Notes under the pieces: model-generated
Told to the model about the DNA's origin: nothing
Seen by the model: only the letters and a program-made list of their open reading frames with translations
Databases searched by the model: none
Position numbers and translations under genes: made by a program
From: Candidatus Eiseniibacteriota bacterium
GTDB lineage: Bacteria; Eisenbacteria; RBG-16-71-46; CAIMUX01; WJJG01
Direction of reading: 5' to 3'
DNA length: 51,894 nucleotides
Assembly (NCBI GenBank): GCA_014729815.1
Contig: WJJG01000349.1
Location: forward strand, 1 to 51,894
Shown here: positions 32,531 to 41,752 of the stretch, piece after piece
Layout of the letters: every line of letters begins with the position of its first letter
Numbering within the stretch: position 1 is the stretch's first letter

Positions 32531-35488
32531 ATGAATCCACATCGAGCGCTGATCTTGCTCCTCGCGCTGCTCGCTCTGCCGGCGAGCGGGGCCGCCGCAT
32601 GGGGCGGCTTCATCGAGAACCGCGGGCAGATCGATCCGCGCGCGGCGTTCCACGGCTCGGCCGGTGCGAGCGAGCTCTACTTCACCGCGGACGGATTCGT
32701 CATCGATCTCCCGCTGCCCGCCCCCCCGGGCGGGGAGGGAGCGTGGGACGGGTCCGGACCTTCCGTGGCGCGCTGCGCCATCCGCTTCACCTTCGTGGAT
32801 CCGCTGCACCAGAAGCTCGGTGCAGATGCGCACCGGGGTGCAGCGATCGAACCGCGCCGCCCAAGCGGGGCCGAGTACAACTTCCTGATCGGCCGCGATC
32901 CGGCAGGGTGGCAGACGAACGTGCGGTGCTACGACGAGCTCGTCTATCGCGGGCTTTGGCCCGGTATCGATCTGCACTTCTTCGCTGATGGGCACGGGCT
33001 GTCGTACGCCGCATCCGACGATGCGGGGGCGCCGCTTCCCGATTCGCTCTTCCGCATAGAGGGCGCCGACCGAATCGCGGCCACCATGCGCGGCGGACGG
33101 CAGGTGCAAGAGATGGCGACCGCCGCAGGTGTGCTGCGGCACGAGCAGGCGCGCGGGGCTGATGGCGTAATCCGCGGGCGGATCGTTCGGGCCACCCCCG
33201 GAAGCGGTGACGGGATCGGGGGACGCGCCGCTGCGCCTTCCGGCCGTGCGGCGGGATGGCGGAGCGCGGTGGGATCCCACAGCGCGGTCGCGCTGCACGG
33301 CGCGGCTGACGGCGACCGCTCGATCTTCTACTGGAGCACCTTCCTGGGCGGCAGCGGCAGCGAACGCTGCAACGACATCGTCGTCGACAGCCTCGATCGG
33401 CCGATTCTCACCGGACGCACCTCCTCGCTGGACTTCCCCACGACCGCCGGCGCCTATCAGGAGGAGTTCGGCGCGCGGCATGCGCACGCCTTTGTCGCCA
33501 AGCTCGATGCGGACGGCAGTCAGCTTCTCTGGTGCACCTATCTGGGCGGAGGGATCGAGGACACCGGACACCGTCTGGTTCTGGATACGGGCGAGAATGT
33601 GATCGTCACCGGCTGGACCGAGTCGCTCGACTTCCCCACCACCGCCGGCGCGTTCGCCGAAGGCTACGGCGGTGGCCCGGAGGACGGCTTTGTGGCCAAG
33701 CTGGATGCGAGCGGCAGCACTCTGCTGTGGGGCAGCTACCTGGGCGGCGAGCTGGCCGATCGGGTCTACGGCCTGGCGATCGGCGAAGATGGCGGTCCAA
33801 TCCTCACTGGCAGTACCGCCTCGGGCGACTTCCCGACCACGCCGGGCGCCTTCGGGGAGGAGTTCGGCGGCGGCGGCGAGGATGGCTTCGTCGCCAAGCT
33901 CGACGCCCTCGGCACGCAGCTCCTCTGGAGCACCTACCTGGGCGGCGGGGCGCAGGAGTACGGCTACGAAGTGGTGCTCGAGGCCGACGGCCGGCCGCTG
34001 GTGAGCGGACAGACCGAATCGATCGACTTCCCGACTACCGGCGGCGCCTACAGCGAAACGCACAACGGCGGATACGACGCCTTCCTGACCCTTTTGAGCG
34101 CCGATGGCAGCGCTCTGGTGTGGAGCAGCTTCCTGGGAGGAGCGGCCACCGACACCGGGCACGGGCTGGCGCTGGATGCGCTGGGCAATCCGCTCGTTTC
34201 GGGGCGCACCAGCTCGAGCGATTTCCCCACGACCGGCGGCGCCTTCGATGAGACGCACAACGGCGCCTACGACGGGTTCGTCGCCAAGTTCGACTCGCTG
34301 GGAACACAGCTTCTCTGGAGCACCTACTTGGGCGGGAGTGAAGCCGAGCAGAACTACCCGCTGGCGCTTGATGCGGGCGGCAATCCGCTGATCGCCGGCA
34401 TGACCGCCTCGACCGACTTCCCGGTCGGCAGCGGCGCGCAGGACGACACATTCAACGGCGGCTACTACGATGCCTTCCTGGCCAGGCTCAGCGCGGCGGG
34501 GGATTCGTTGCTCTGGGGCAGCTACCTTGGTGGTGAGGCTTCGGATTGGGGCCTGGCACTGGCGTTGACCTCGGATGGGCTGCCGATCGTGGGCGGCGGC
34601 GCCGAATCGGCCGACTTTCCCACCACGCCGGGCGCCTTCGCGGAGGAGTATGGCGGCGGACATCGCGATGCGTTCGTGACGATGCTCGCGGTGCAGCTCG
34701 TAGCGGCGTGCTGCTTCCCCGACGGCTCTTGTGCGCTGCACACCTCTGCGGCGTGCGGTGATCTGGGCGGCGAATGGATGCCGGAGTGGAACCAGTGCGA
34801 CCCGAATCCCTGCCCGATGCCCGAGCGGGCCTGCTGTGTGGAAGTCGAGTGCACGGTGGTCACCGAGGACTCCTGCCTGACCTTGGGCGGCACCTGGTAC
34901 AGCGAGCTGGAGAGCTGCGATCCAAACCCGTGTCCGGCAGCCTGCTGCTTCTGGAACGGCGACTGCACGCTTCTTAGCGAGGACGAATGCCTGGCCCTCG
35001 ATGGGCTGTGGATCTCGGAGATGCTCTCGTGCGATCCGAATCCCTGTCCCCCGGGGGTGGGTGTCTGCTGCGTGGGGGCGACCTGCTCGGTGGTGACCGA
35101 GGACTCGTGTGCTGTGCTGGGCGGGGAGTGGTACAGCGAGCTCGAGAGCTGCGACCCGAATCCCTGCCAGGAAGAGTCTCCGATGGATGCCGGCGATGCC
35201 CGGGCTACGGTGCGCACCGAGCTGCTCGGGATCCATCCCAACCCAACCCATTCGCTCGCGCTGGTGCGTTTCGCCCTGGCCGCGGAGTCCCGCGTCACGG
35301 TGCGCATCTATGACGTGACCGGGCGCGAGGTGCGCACGCTGCACGATCGCACGACCGCGCCGGGCACACACACGCTGCTCTGGGACGGCCGCGGCAGCGA
35401 CGGCGCGCGCGTGAGCGGGGGGATCTACCTCTGCCGCTTCGTGGCCGCGGGGCGGGAGGATGCCCGGAAGCTATTCGTGTTCCGGTGA
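32531..35488 (+). CDS. Exported SBBP beta-propeller-repeat protein with 4 Cys-rich repeats and a FlgD-Ig/T9SS-type CTD
   Basis: ATG 32531. Signal peptide: MNPHRALILLLALLALPASGAAA. There are at least 6 SBBP-type repeats: AFVAKLDADGSQLLWCTYLGG, GFVAKLDASGSTLLWGSYLGG, GFVAKLDALGTQLLWSTYLGG, AFLTLLSADGSALVWSSFLGG, GFVAKFDSLGTQLLWSTYLGG, AFLARLSAAGDSLLWGSYLGG. Four 6-Cys repeats follow. CTD: ..VTVRIYDVTGREVRTLH..LWDGRGSDGARVSGGIYLCRFVA..KLFVFR. Confidence 0.88.
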   Translation: MNPHRALILLLALLALPASGAAAWGGFIENRGQIDPRAAFHGSAGASELYFTADGFVIDLPLPAPPGGEGAWDGSGPSVARCAIRFTFVDPLHQKLGADAHRGAAIEPRRPSGAEYNFLIGRDPAGWQTNVRCYDELVYRGLWPGIDLHFFADGHGLSYAASDDAGAPLPDSLFRIEGADRIAATMRGGRQVQEMATAAGVLRHEQARGADGVIRGRIVRATPGSGDGIGGRAAAPSGRAAGWRSAVGSHSAVALHGAADGDRSIFYWSTFLGGSGSERCNDIVVDSLDRPILTGRTSSLDFPTTAGAYQEEFGARHAHAFVAKLDADGSQLLWCTYLGGGIEDTGHRLVLDTGENVIVTGWTESLDFPTTAGAFAEGYGGGPEDGFVAKLDASGSTLLWGSYLGGELADRVYGLAIGEDGGPILTGSTASGDFPTTPGAFGEEFGGGGEDGFVAKLDALGTQLLWSTYLGGGAQEYGYEVVLEADGRPLVSGQTESIDFPTTGGAYSETHNGGYDAFLTLLSADGSALVWSSFLGGAATDTGHGLALDALGNPLVSGRTSSSDFPTTGGAFDETHNGAYDGFVAKFDSLGTQLLWSTYLGGSEAEQNYPLALDAGGNPLIAGMTASTDFPVGSGAQDDTFNGGYYDAFLARLSAAGDSLLWGSYLGGEASDWGLALALTSDGLPIVGGGAESADFPTTPGAFAEEYGGGHRDAFVTMLAVQLVAACCFPDGSCALHTSAACGDLGGEWMPEWNQCDPNPCPMPERACCVEVECTVVTEDSCLTLGGTWYSELESCDPNPCPAACCFWNGDCTLLSEDECLALDGLWISEMLSCDPNPCPPGVGVCCVGATCSVVTEDSCAVLGGEWYSELESCDPNPCQEESPMDAGDARATVRTELLGIHPNPTHSLALVRFALAAESRVTVRIYDVTGREVRTLHDRTTAPGTHTLLWDGRGSDGARVSGGIYLCRFVAAGREDARKLFVFR
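34706..35170 (+). repeat. Four tandem ~37-40-aa Cys-rich repeats (CC-x5-C-x7-C-x13-C-x4-C, each ending CDPNPC)
   Basis: The four units are ACCFPDGSCALHTSAACGDLGGEWMPEWNQCDPNPCP, ACCVEVECTVVTEDSCLTLGGTWYSELESCDPNPCP, ACCFWNGDCTLLSEDECLALDGLWISEMLSCDPNPCP and VCCVGATCSVVTEDSCAVLGGEWYSELESCDPNPCQ. Units 2 and 4 are also very similar at the nucleotide level. Confidence 0.9.
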
Positions 35489-35966
35489 TATGGAACGGCT
35501 GCGATGCCGCCCCGCGCTCTCCCCTTCTCTTCGGCGCATGCCGGCCAGAGGCTGGCTCCGGCTGGGTCGGCTCGCGCCATGCTCCTCTGAGGTCGCCACC
35601 GGGCGATCCTCCCAAGTAGCCGCACCCCTCAAGTGGGACGCTCCCACGCAGCGCACGCCGTCTGCGTTCCTTTGCTTGGGTGTAGCCTCGCTCTGGCTCG
35701 TTGAACCCTGATCCTGGGTGCGCTCGAGCCCGGGATCGCGGCTCGATGGAAGCCCGAAGACGCCCCCGGGAGTCAGGCCAGCGGCAGCGGGGCGTGACCC
35801 CCTGACTCGAGTTGCTGCCTGACGGGCGGCTCCGTGATACCTTCCTCTGACGCAGCGGTGGGGAGTGGATGCGAAGGCACGTGCAGGAGTTCGCCGCCGA
35901 ACAGCTCTTGCCGGCCGATTGCGCTTCCCACCAGGCCTGGGACCTTGCCGACGAGGATCCTCTCCG

Positions 35967-37049
35967 ATGCGTAGCACCTCGAACCCCTCGCCCCAGCGCG
36001 CCGAATACGTCGCGCGGATCAACCGGGTGATCGACTACATCGAGGTCCACCTGGGCGAAGAGCTTCCGCTGAGCCGACTGGCGAAGGTAGCCTACTTCTC
36101 GCCGTTCCACTTCCACCGCATCTTTCGCGCCTTCGTTGGCGAGACGGTGGGGCAGTTCCTGCGGCGGGTGCGTCTCGAGCGGGCCGCCAGCCGGCTGGTC
36201 TACAGTCCCGACGTGCCGATCACCGAGATCGCGCTCGACTGTGGATTCTCGGGTTCGGAAACCTTCGCGCGGGCCTTCCGCGACGCCTTCGGGATGACCG
36301 CCAGCGAGTGGCGGGCGGGCGGGCACCGGACGGCGCAAGGCGAGACTGCTTGGGGTGACGCGCCGACTGGCGGATCGCCCTCCGACGCCGAGTGCCGCGA
36401 CATCATGGACGGCGCCCCGCGGCAGGAGCGCAAGATCGGCAAGCTCGAGCGCAAGCCGGATCATACGCTTCGCAAGCAGCGCCAGGATTTCCAGCTCTCC
36501 TCCCCGTATCTTGATCCCATCACCCGCAACATGAAATGGAGGATGAGCATGAAGACGAACCAGGAGATCCAAGTCGAGGTCAAGCAGATGCCGGAGATGC
36601 ACGTCGCCTACGTGCGCCACATCGGCCCCTACGCAGGAGACGACAAACTCTTCCGCGGGCTCTTCGAGAAGCTGATGAAGTGGGCCGGACCACGGGGACT
36701 CTTGCGCTTCCCCGAGACGCAGATGCTCTCGGTCTACCACGACGATCCGGAAGTCACCGAGGAGGAGAAGCTGCGGGTCAGCGTCTGCATCACGGTCCCG
36801 AAGGGCACACCGGTCGAGGGCGAGATCGGCGAGATGACGATCCCCGCCGGGCAATACGCGGTGGGGCACTTCGAGCTCTTGCCCTCCGAGTTCGGCGACG
36901 CCTGGCAGGCGCTCTACGGCGGCTGGCTGCCCGACAGCGGGTACGCACCCGACGAGCGGCCCTGTTACGAGCTGTATCTCAACGATCCGAACGAGCATCC
37001 GGAGGGGAAGCACATCGTCGAGATCTGCATTCCGGTGAGGGCGCGGTAG
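35967..37049 (+). CDS. AraC-family transcriptional regulator with C-terminal GyrI-like effector-binding domain
   Basis: ORF 35865..37049, trimmed to ATG 35967. AraC HTH: LSRLAKVAYFSPFHFHRIFRAFVGETVGQFLRRVRLERAASRL..ITEIALDCGFSGSETFARAFRDAFGMTASEWR. GyrI-like: VEVKQMPEMHVAYVRHIGPY.., ..CYELYLNDPNEHPEGKHIVEICIPVR. Confidence 0.85.
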   Translation: MRSTSNPSPQRAEYVARINRVIDYIEVHLGEELPLSRLAKVAYFSPFHFHRIFRAFVGETVGQFLRRVRLERAASRLVYSPDVPITEIALDCGFSGSETFARAFRDAFGMTASEWRAGGHRTAQGETAWGDAPTGGSPSDAECRDIMDGAPRQERKIGKLERKPDHTLRKQRQDFQLSSPYLDPITRNMKWRMSMKTNQEIQVEVKQMPEMHVAYVRHIGPYAGDDKLFRGLFEKLMKWAGPRGLLRFPETQMLSVYHDDPEVTEEEKLRVSVCITVPKGTPVEGEIGEMTIPAGQYAVGHFELLPSEFGDAWQALYGGWLPDSGYAPDERPCYELYLNDPNEHPEGKHIVEICIPVRAR

Positions 37050-37394
37050 GGGGGCGGACTTCTCGCGGGAGGATCAGAGCCTGGCGCAGCTGCCGAGGAA
37101 CGCATGCAGCAGCTCGCAGCTAGGTGGATGGCGCGATCGGCCGATTTCCTTGAGCCGATCCGGGAAGGAGGAGCTGGGGCGTACATGTTTCGACTTCTGC
37201 GCTGGCAAGCTCACAGGTGAAAGGGCTTCTAGTCTGCGGCCGCACAAGCGGGCACGTCTCGCAGGCAAGCACCCGAGCGGAGATCGCTCCTGCCGACTGC
37301 CGCGTCAGGGCATCGTGATCGCGATATCCTCTCGGGCCGAAGCACGTTCCGACGAGCAAACAGTTCAATCGCGGAGCTTGACGCATTCACGCTC

Positions 37395-37410
37395 AGGGGA
37401 GAATCTTGCT
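37395..37410 (+). promoter_or_regulatory. Weak sigma-54 (-24/-12)-like element upstream of the beta-propeller lipoprotein gene
   Basis: The sequence is AGGGGAGAATCTTGCT. GG lies at 37396-97 and GC at 37408-09, giving the correct 12-nt register. The -12 TTGCT is perfect. The -24 element has only GG rather than TGGCAC. It lies ~40 nt upstream of ATG 37451, and a sigma-54 activator is encoded 1.7 kb downstream. Confidence 0.15.
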
Positions 37411-37450
37411 CGTGACATCGCTCTCATGAAGCCTCCAGACGAGGTCTCCA

Positions 37451-38734
37451 ATGAAATGCCTCCCACTCTCATGGTATGAGCGCTTGCGCGGAAATCGGGT
37501 CCTATCTCTGCATTTGGTGCTTTTGCCTGTAGTCCTAGCGTTCACGTGTCCTGAAGCGGACACATCTCAGGTCGGACAAGTCGACGACGGACATGTTGAC
37601 CGCATTATCAGCTCCGACCCCCTGGAGCCTACCGTTTCCTACAACCTGGTGGAAAGGTGGCGTGCTTCGGTTGATGCCGCGGGCAGCCCCCTCTTCGGTT
37701 CGGTCACCGATGTCGTGACCGACTCGAGCGGTAACCTCTACATTCTCGATTCACAGCTCCAACAGGTGTTGGTGATCTCTCAAGACGGAAGAGTATTGCG
37801 TCGGCTTGGGGCATACGGAGAAGGACCGGGCGAGTTTCTGTTCGCGGCAGACCTTACCATGGTCGGTGATGGGCTATTGGGAATCGTGGATGCGCAGAAA
37901 GGTACGGTCGTGCTCATGCAATCGGATGGAACCCCGCTCGGAACGTGGGTCCCACATTGGGAGCCGGAATCACGCCTGGAGCCGCTCATGGCCAGCGCAA
38001 TCTCAGACGGCTTCGTGATTTCATGTAAGACCCGGGAACGAACAGATGAAGAGATGATCTATCGATACTTCCTTGGCCTCTTCAATAGCGAATCTTCTCA
38101 TCCGAGAATCCTGCTAGAGAGACGATCCAAGCGCCGCCTTGGAAGACCACTACATTTCGATGAACGGGAGTCCGAGTCGTTTGCTGTCTTCGCTACAAGC
38201 GATGTGGGCGAAATCTACGCGGCACCCGAATTCGCAGCGTACCGCATTCACGTATTCGGCGCCGGCGGCAAGCTAGAACGGATCATAGGGCGCGAATACG
38301 AGTCTGTTGCACGCACACAGCAGCGCAAAGCTGCCATCCGTGAGGTGTGGGAGGCGTACTTCTCTCAATGGAGGGGGACGACTGTTTCCGTGGCTAGCTC
38401 AGAGCGTGATGTTCAGAATATTAACATTAGGCCTGATGGGCAGCTCTGGATTGAAACGAGTCAGGGTTGGTTCCGGAATCCCGACGGAGTAGCCCTGACG
38501 CTCGATGAATTCGATTGCAGCGGTCGCTTTCGGCGACATGTGCAGTTGCTTGGCGAGATCGACGCGGCCAACGACTTCCTCCTTATCCGAGGCTCTGTTG
38601 CCCTGCGGATCACATCTGGGGTCGAATCCCTCGGTGGCTGGCTTGGAAGTGAACCTGACGAGCCACAGGACTCAGTGGGCGAAGACGTCCCCGCACTCAT
38701 CCTCTACGATCTCTGTCTCGTCACAGACCAATGA
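37451..38734 (+). CDS. Putative lipoprotein with 6-bladed beta-propeller (NHL/TolB-like) fold
   Basis: ATG 37451 with GAGGT upstream. Signal/lipobox-like: LSLHLVLLPVVLAFTC. The repeat flavour is ..DSSGNLYILDSQLQQVLVISQDGRVLRRLGAYGEGPGEFLFAADL... G+C is visibly lower than the surroundings. Confidence 0.65.
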   Translation: MKCLPLSWYERLRGNRVLSLHLVLLPVVLAFTCPEADTSQVGQVDDGHVDRIISSDPLEPTVSYNLVERWRASVDAAGSPLFGSVTDVVTDSSGNLYILDSQLQQVLVISQDGRVLRRLGAYGEGPGEFLFAADLTMVGDGLLGIVDAQKGTVVLMQSDGTPLGTWVPHWEPESRLEPLMASAISDGFVISCKTRERTDEEMIYRYFLGLFNSESSHPRILLERRSKRRLGRPLHFDERESESFAVFATSDVGEIYAAPEFAAYRIHVFGAGGKLERIIGREYESVARTQQRKAAIREVWEAYFSQWRGTTVSVASSERDVQNINIRPDGQLWIETSQGWFRNPDGVALTLDEFDCSGRFRRHVQLLGEIDAANDFLLIRGSVALRITSGVESLGGWLGSEPDEPQDSVGEDVPALILYDLCLVTDQ

Positions 38735-38870
38735 AGTCCCTCCGAGCTGAGCGCAACCATGACGGGGCTAGTCAGTTGACCCCGATGGCAAGCAATGGTA
38801 TCGTTTGCGCGATGGTTGGCTGCCGATTGTGATCGGACGCTTGGTGCTCGCGGGTCCGTGGAGGCTTGCC

Positions 38871-39173
38871 ATGTGGAAGCTTATCCCCCTCAGTCGAGGC
38901 CATCTCGTCTCTCTTTGCTGCCTCGCCCTTGCTGGGCTTCTATTGCTTGCGGGCGTGGCCGAAGGGGCACCGCTGCCGGTTGCTCAAGGACCCAGAACAC
39001 CCGACGGAGACATCGACGACTACCCCACACTCGTTTCCCCACCGTCTTCGTCTTCTGCTCTGGCGAGCCACCCTGCTCGTCTGAGTGTTGCGGTCGCCGC
39101 TTTGTGGGACGACCAACTTCCAGCAGTTCCGCGTCGGATTCGTCATGCTGGTTGCGTCCGCAAATGCGCGTGA
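38871..39173 (+). CDS. Possible small secreted protein (100 aa)
   Basis: ATG 38871 is preceded by GTGGAGG (38858-64) with a 6-nt spacer. Signal peptide: MWKLIPLSRGHLVSLCCLALAGLLLLAGVAEGAP. I recognise no homology. It ends 20 nt before the GTG 39193 start proposed for the activator. Confidence 0.35.
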   Translation: MWKLIPLSRGHLVSLCCLALAGLLLLAGVAEGAPLPVAQGPRTPDGDIDDYPTLVSPPSSSSALASHPARLSVAVAALWDDQLPAVPRRIRHAGCVRKCA

Positions 39174-39192
39174 CTTCCGCGAAGAGGTCCTT

Positions 39193-41742
39193 GTGCCTGC
39201 AGCTGGATCTACAAAGCGTACTGCTCCGAGGCCACTCAAGGCCGATCATCTTGAGTGGCCAGACCTCTGCGCCAGAGCACAAGTGCTTCTATCCTCCGGT
39301 GCATGGCCAAAGGTCCATGATCTTCTATGGCCCAACCTTAGACGAGTCTGGCAGCGCGAGTCGAACTCACCCTCGGAGATCCTCGCACTGGGCCTCGCGC
39401 TTACGGCTTGTACGCATTTGGATCACACTTCGCATCTTCGGGACGGAGTTGATCGACTCCGCAGACTGGTCGCGGCCAACACCCCGATGTCATCTGATGC
39501 TCGTGCATACTGCATCTACCATGTTTCTAGGCACATGGCCGAACGCGGAATGTACTCAGAGGCGAGGAGCCTCTTGGAGGAGAACGACTCTGCGCTTGCA
39601 GAGGCGAGTCCTCACCCGGCAGCATACTCACTGATGGTTCTAGCCCGTGTCTGTGCTAGAAGAGGGGACCTCGAAGCCGCGGCGAGAGCGAGCCTTGACG
39701 CTTCCGTTCTGGCATCGCGATCGGGCAGTGACGTGCTGATGGGTGATGCGCTGATAGGTCTGGGGAGTGTCTCGCGTTTTCGCAGGGAGCTGGACTCCGC
39801 ACAACGCCTCTACGCCCGAGCAGCTAGCTGCTATTGGAAGGCTGGCGACTTCATCGGTCGCAGTGTGGCCCTTGTGAACCGCGCGGCACTTCTGAACGGC
39901 GCGGGTCTTCTCTCGGCAAGCATGTCTGTCTTCCGCGAGGCCCTAGAGGCGGCCGCTCACGCCAGCCGGCCTGTCACTGATCTTCGCGCACGCCTCGGTG
40001 TGGGCTGGGTCTCCGCCCGAGCCGGCGATCTACATTCAGCGCGACGCATTCTACTCTCCGCGTGGCGTCATGCACGTCGCCTGCATCTGCCTCGAGAAGA
40101 AGCTCTCGCGCTCGAGTATCTCTCCGAGTGTTCTCTCCTCGCCCGCCGACTTCCCCAGGCACGTGTAGCCATTCGCCTTTGCACAAGTCTCGCAGAACGC
40201 ATTGCCCCCGACGGGGATATCGCCCTGGAGATCAAGATCAAGGAGGCGACGCTTTGCCTGTCGGAAGGGGACCCGAGACGTGCGGCTCGGCGCGCTGGGG
40301 ATGCCCTACGGCACGCCGAGCGCACAAAGATGAGATGGGAGGCCGCCCAGGCGCTGCGAGTTCTCGGGGTCGCCCGGGCCTACGCCGGACAGAAGAGGCA
40401 GCGCGCCCGATCCGCCTTTGTCCGTGCGCGGGACCTACTCTCCGAGATGGGAGAGAAGCTCGAGATCCGCGCCGTCGAGGCATGGATCGAAGCACTCGAT
40501 GCCCCGCGGGGCTGGCTTCCGGGCACGGCCAAGCTGGCGCCCGATTCCGGCGAGAGAGAACCGGTCACCGGCGATGATCTCCAAGCCCGGGCGGTGCGAT
40601 TTTGGCTCGATCATCCGCTTCTCGGTCCCCACGCTTGGCTGCGCAAGCGCGCCCGGATCCCCGTGGGCCGTGTTTCTTCCAGACGCATCCGGAGCGGTAT
40701 CACTACAACTCCTGACAGCTCAACCGCTTCCCGGCCAGGCACTATCCGGCCCGATCCTCCGGTCGAGCCCCTTTGGGCCGATCTCGGTCTGGTCTCTCGC
40801 ACGCCGCTCGTCCTGGACCTTCTGCGTCTTGCCGAGACCTACGCGCGGGGGAAGATCCCGGTGCTGATCCTCGGAGAGACAGGAAGCGGCAAGGACCTGA
40901 TCGCCCAAGGGCTTCATCGGTTCAGCGGACGCACAGGACGTTTCGTACCGGTCAACTGCGCGGCGGCGCACCGCGAGCTCTTCGTGGCGGAGCTCTTTGG
41001 CTCTCGCAGAGGGGCCTATACCGGGGCCTCTGAAAGCCGTGGTGGACTGATCCGCGAGGCCGAAGGCGGAACGCTATTCCTCGACGAGATCGCCGACCTG
41101 GATGCTGCCGCTCAGGGATACCTGTTGCGCTTTCTCGACTCCGGGGAGGTGCGGCCCCTCGGAGAGAGCCGCAGCTTCAAGGTTGAGACGCGCGTGGTGG
41201 CGGCCACGTGTCGCGATCTGGCAGCCATGGTGCGTGAGGGCCTATTGCGCCGAGATCTCTACGCTCGCCTCGCCGCCGCTGTCCTGCAGGTTCCCCCCCT
41301 GCGCGAGCGTCTTGAAGATCTTGAGCTCCTGATCGAGATGCTCTGGAGGCGCGCTGGTGGAAGGCCAGAGGACTGGACAGAAGCTTTCACTCCAGCCGCG
41401 ATTGAGATGCTTCGGCAGCGAACCTGGCCGGGCAATGTCCGTGATCTGGCGCATCTGGTTGCTCAGACGCAGCTCTTCGTGCAGGCCGGCGCGGGGGTAG
41501 GTGCGGTCGAGCGCGTGTTGGAGCAGGCCGGGCCGGAGTGGGACCCGATTGGATCGGATGTGCCCGCAAAGGAAGAGCCAGCGCGTCCCGCATGGGTAGA
41601 GGCTCTCAGCCCTGCTGAACGCCGTCGCCCCAAAGCCCTGCACCGGGCCCGCCAGGAGGCCGGCGGCAGCATCCCGCGTGCCGCCCGCCTGCTCGGCATC
41701 TCCCGCACGCACGCCTACCGGCTCTACAAGCAGCTCTCCTGA
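39193..41742 (+). CDS. Sigma-54-dependent transcriptional activator (bEBP) with a long TPR-like N-terminal domain and no receiver domain
   Basis: The frame is that of ORF 39085..41742. The start is uncertain. GTG 39193 has GAAGAGG 5 nt upstream and is preferred. ATG 39145 and GTG 39085 are alternatives. AAA+ core: VLILGETGSGKDLIAQGLH (Walker A, nt ~40873), ELFGSRRGAYTGA (GAFTGA variant GAYTGA, nt 41011-41028), GGTLFLDEIADL (Walker B), RVVAATCRDL. C-terminal Fis-type HTH: IPRAARLLGISRTHAYRLYKQL. The N-terminal ~500 aa are helical-repeat-like. Confidence 0.85.
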   Translation: MPAAGSTKRTAPRPLKADHLEWPDLCARAQVLLSSGAWPKVHDLLWPNLRRVWQRESNSPSEILALGLALTACTHLDHTSHLRDGVDRLRRLVAANTPMSSDARAYCIYHVSRHMAERGMYSEARSLLEENDSALAEASPHPAAYSLMVLARVCARRGDLEAAARASLDASVLASRSGSDVLMGDALIGLGSVSRFRRELDSAQRLYARAASCYWKAGDFIGRSVALVNRAALLNGAGLLSASMSVFREALEAAAHASRPVTDLRARLGVGWVSARAGDLHSARRILLSAWRHARRLHLPREEALALEYLSECSLLARRLPQARVAIRLCTSLAERIAPDGDIALEIKIKEATLCLSEGDPRRAARRAGDALRHAERTKMRWEAAQALRVLGVARAYAGQKRQRARSAFVRARDLLSEMGEKLEIRAVEAWIEALDAPRGWLPGTAKLAPDSGEREPVTGDDLQARAVRFWLDHPLLGPHAWLRKRARIPVGRVSSRRIRSGITTTPDSSTASRPGTIRPDPPVEPLWADLGLVSRTPLVLDLLRLAETYARGKIPVLILGETGSGKDLIAQGLHRFSGRTGRFVPVNCAAAHRELFVAELFGSRRGAYTGASESRGGLIREAEGGTLFLDEIADLDAAAQGYLLRFLDSGEVRPLGESRSFKVETRVVAATCRDLAAMVREGLLRRDLYARLAAAVLQVPPLRERLEDLELLIEMLWRRAGGRPEDWTEAFTPAAIEMLRQRTWPGNVRDLAHLVAQTQLFVQAGAGVGAVERVLEQAGPEWDPIGSDVPAKEEPARPAWVEALSPAERRRPKALHRARQEAGGSIPRAARLLGISRTHAYRLYKQLS

Positions 41743-41752
41743 TCCACCCGCC

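Noticed and set aside
32309-37013. 1020-aa (32309-35371) and 572-aa (35295-37013) minus-strand ORFs
   Set aside because: They are antisense to the SBBP/Cys-repeat protein and the AraC/GyrI regulator. They are very long only because stop codons are rare in this GC-rich repeat-coding DNA, and they carry no motifs.
37074-37479. Short ORFs in the 401-bp spacer before the propeller lipoprotein gene (for example 37120-37386 minus, Cys-containing)
   Set aside because: I recognise no family and see no RBS. The Cys spacing (CxxC-like ACETCP) is not enough to call a zinc-ribbon or transposase remnant.
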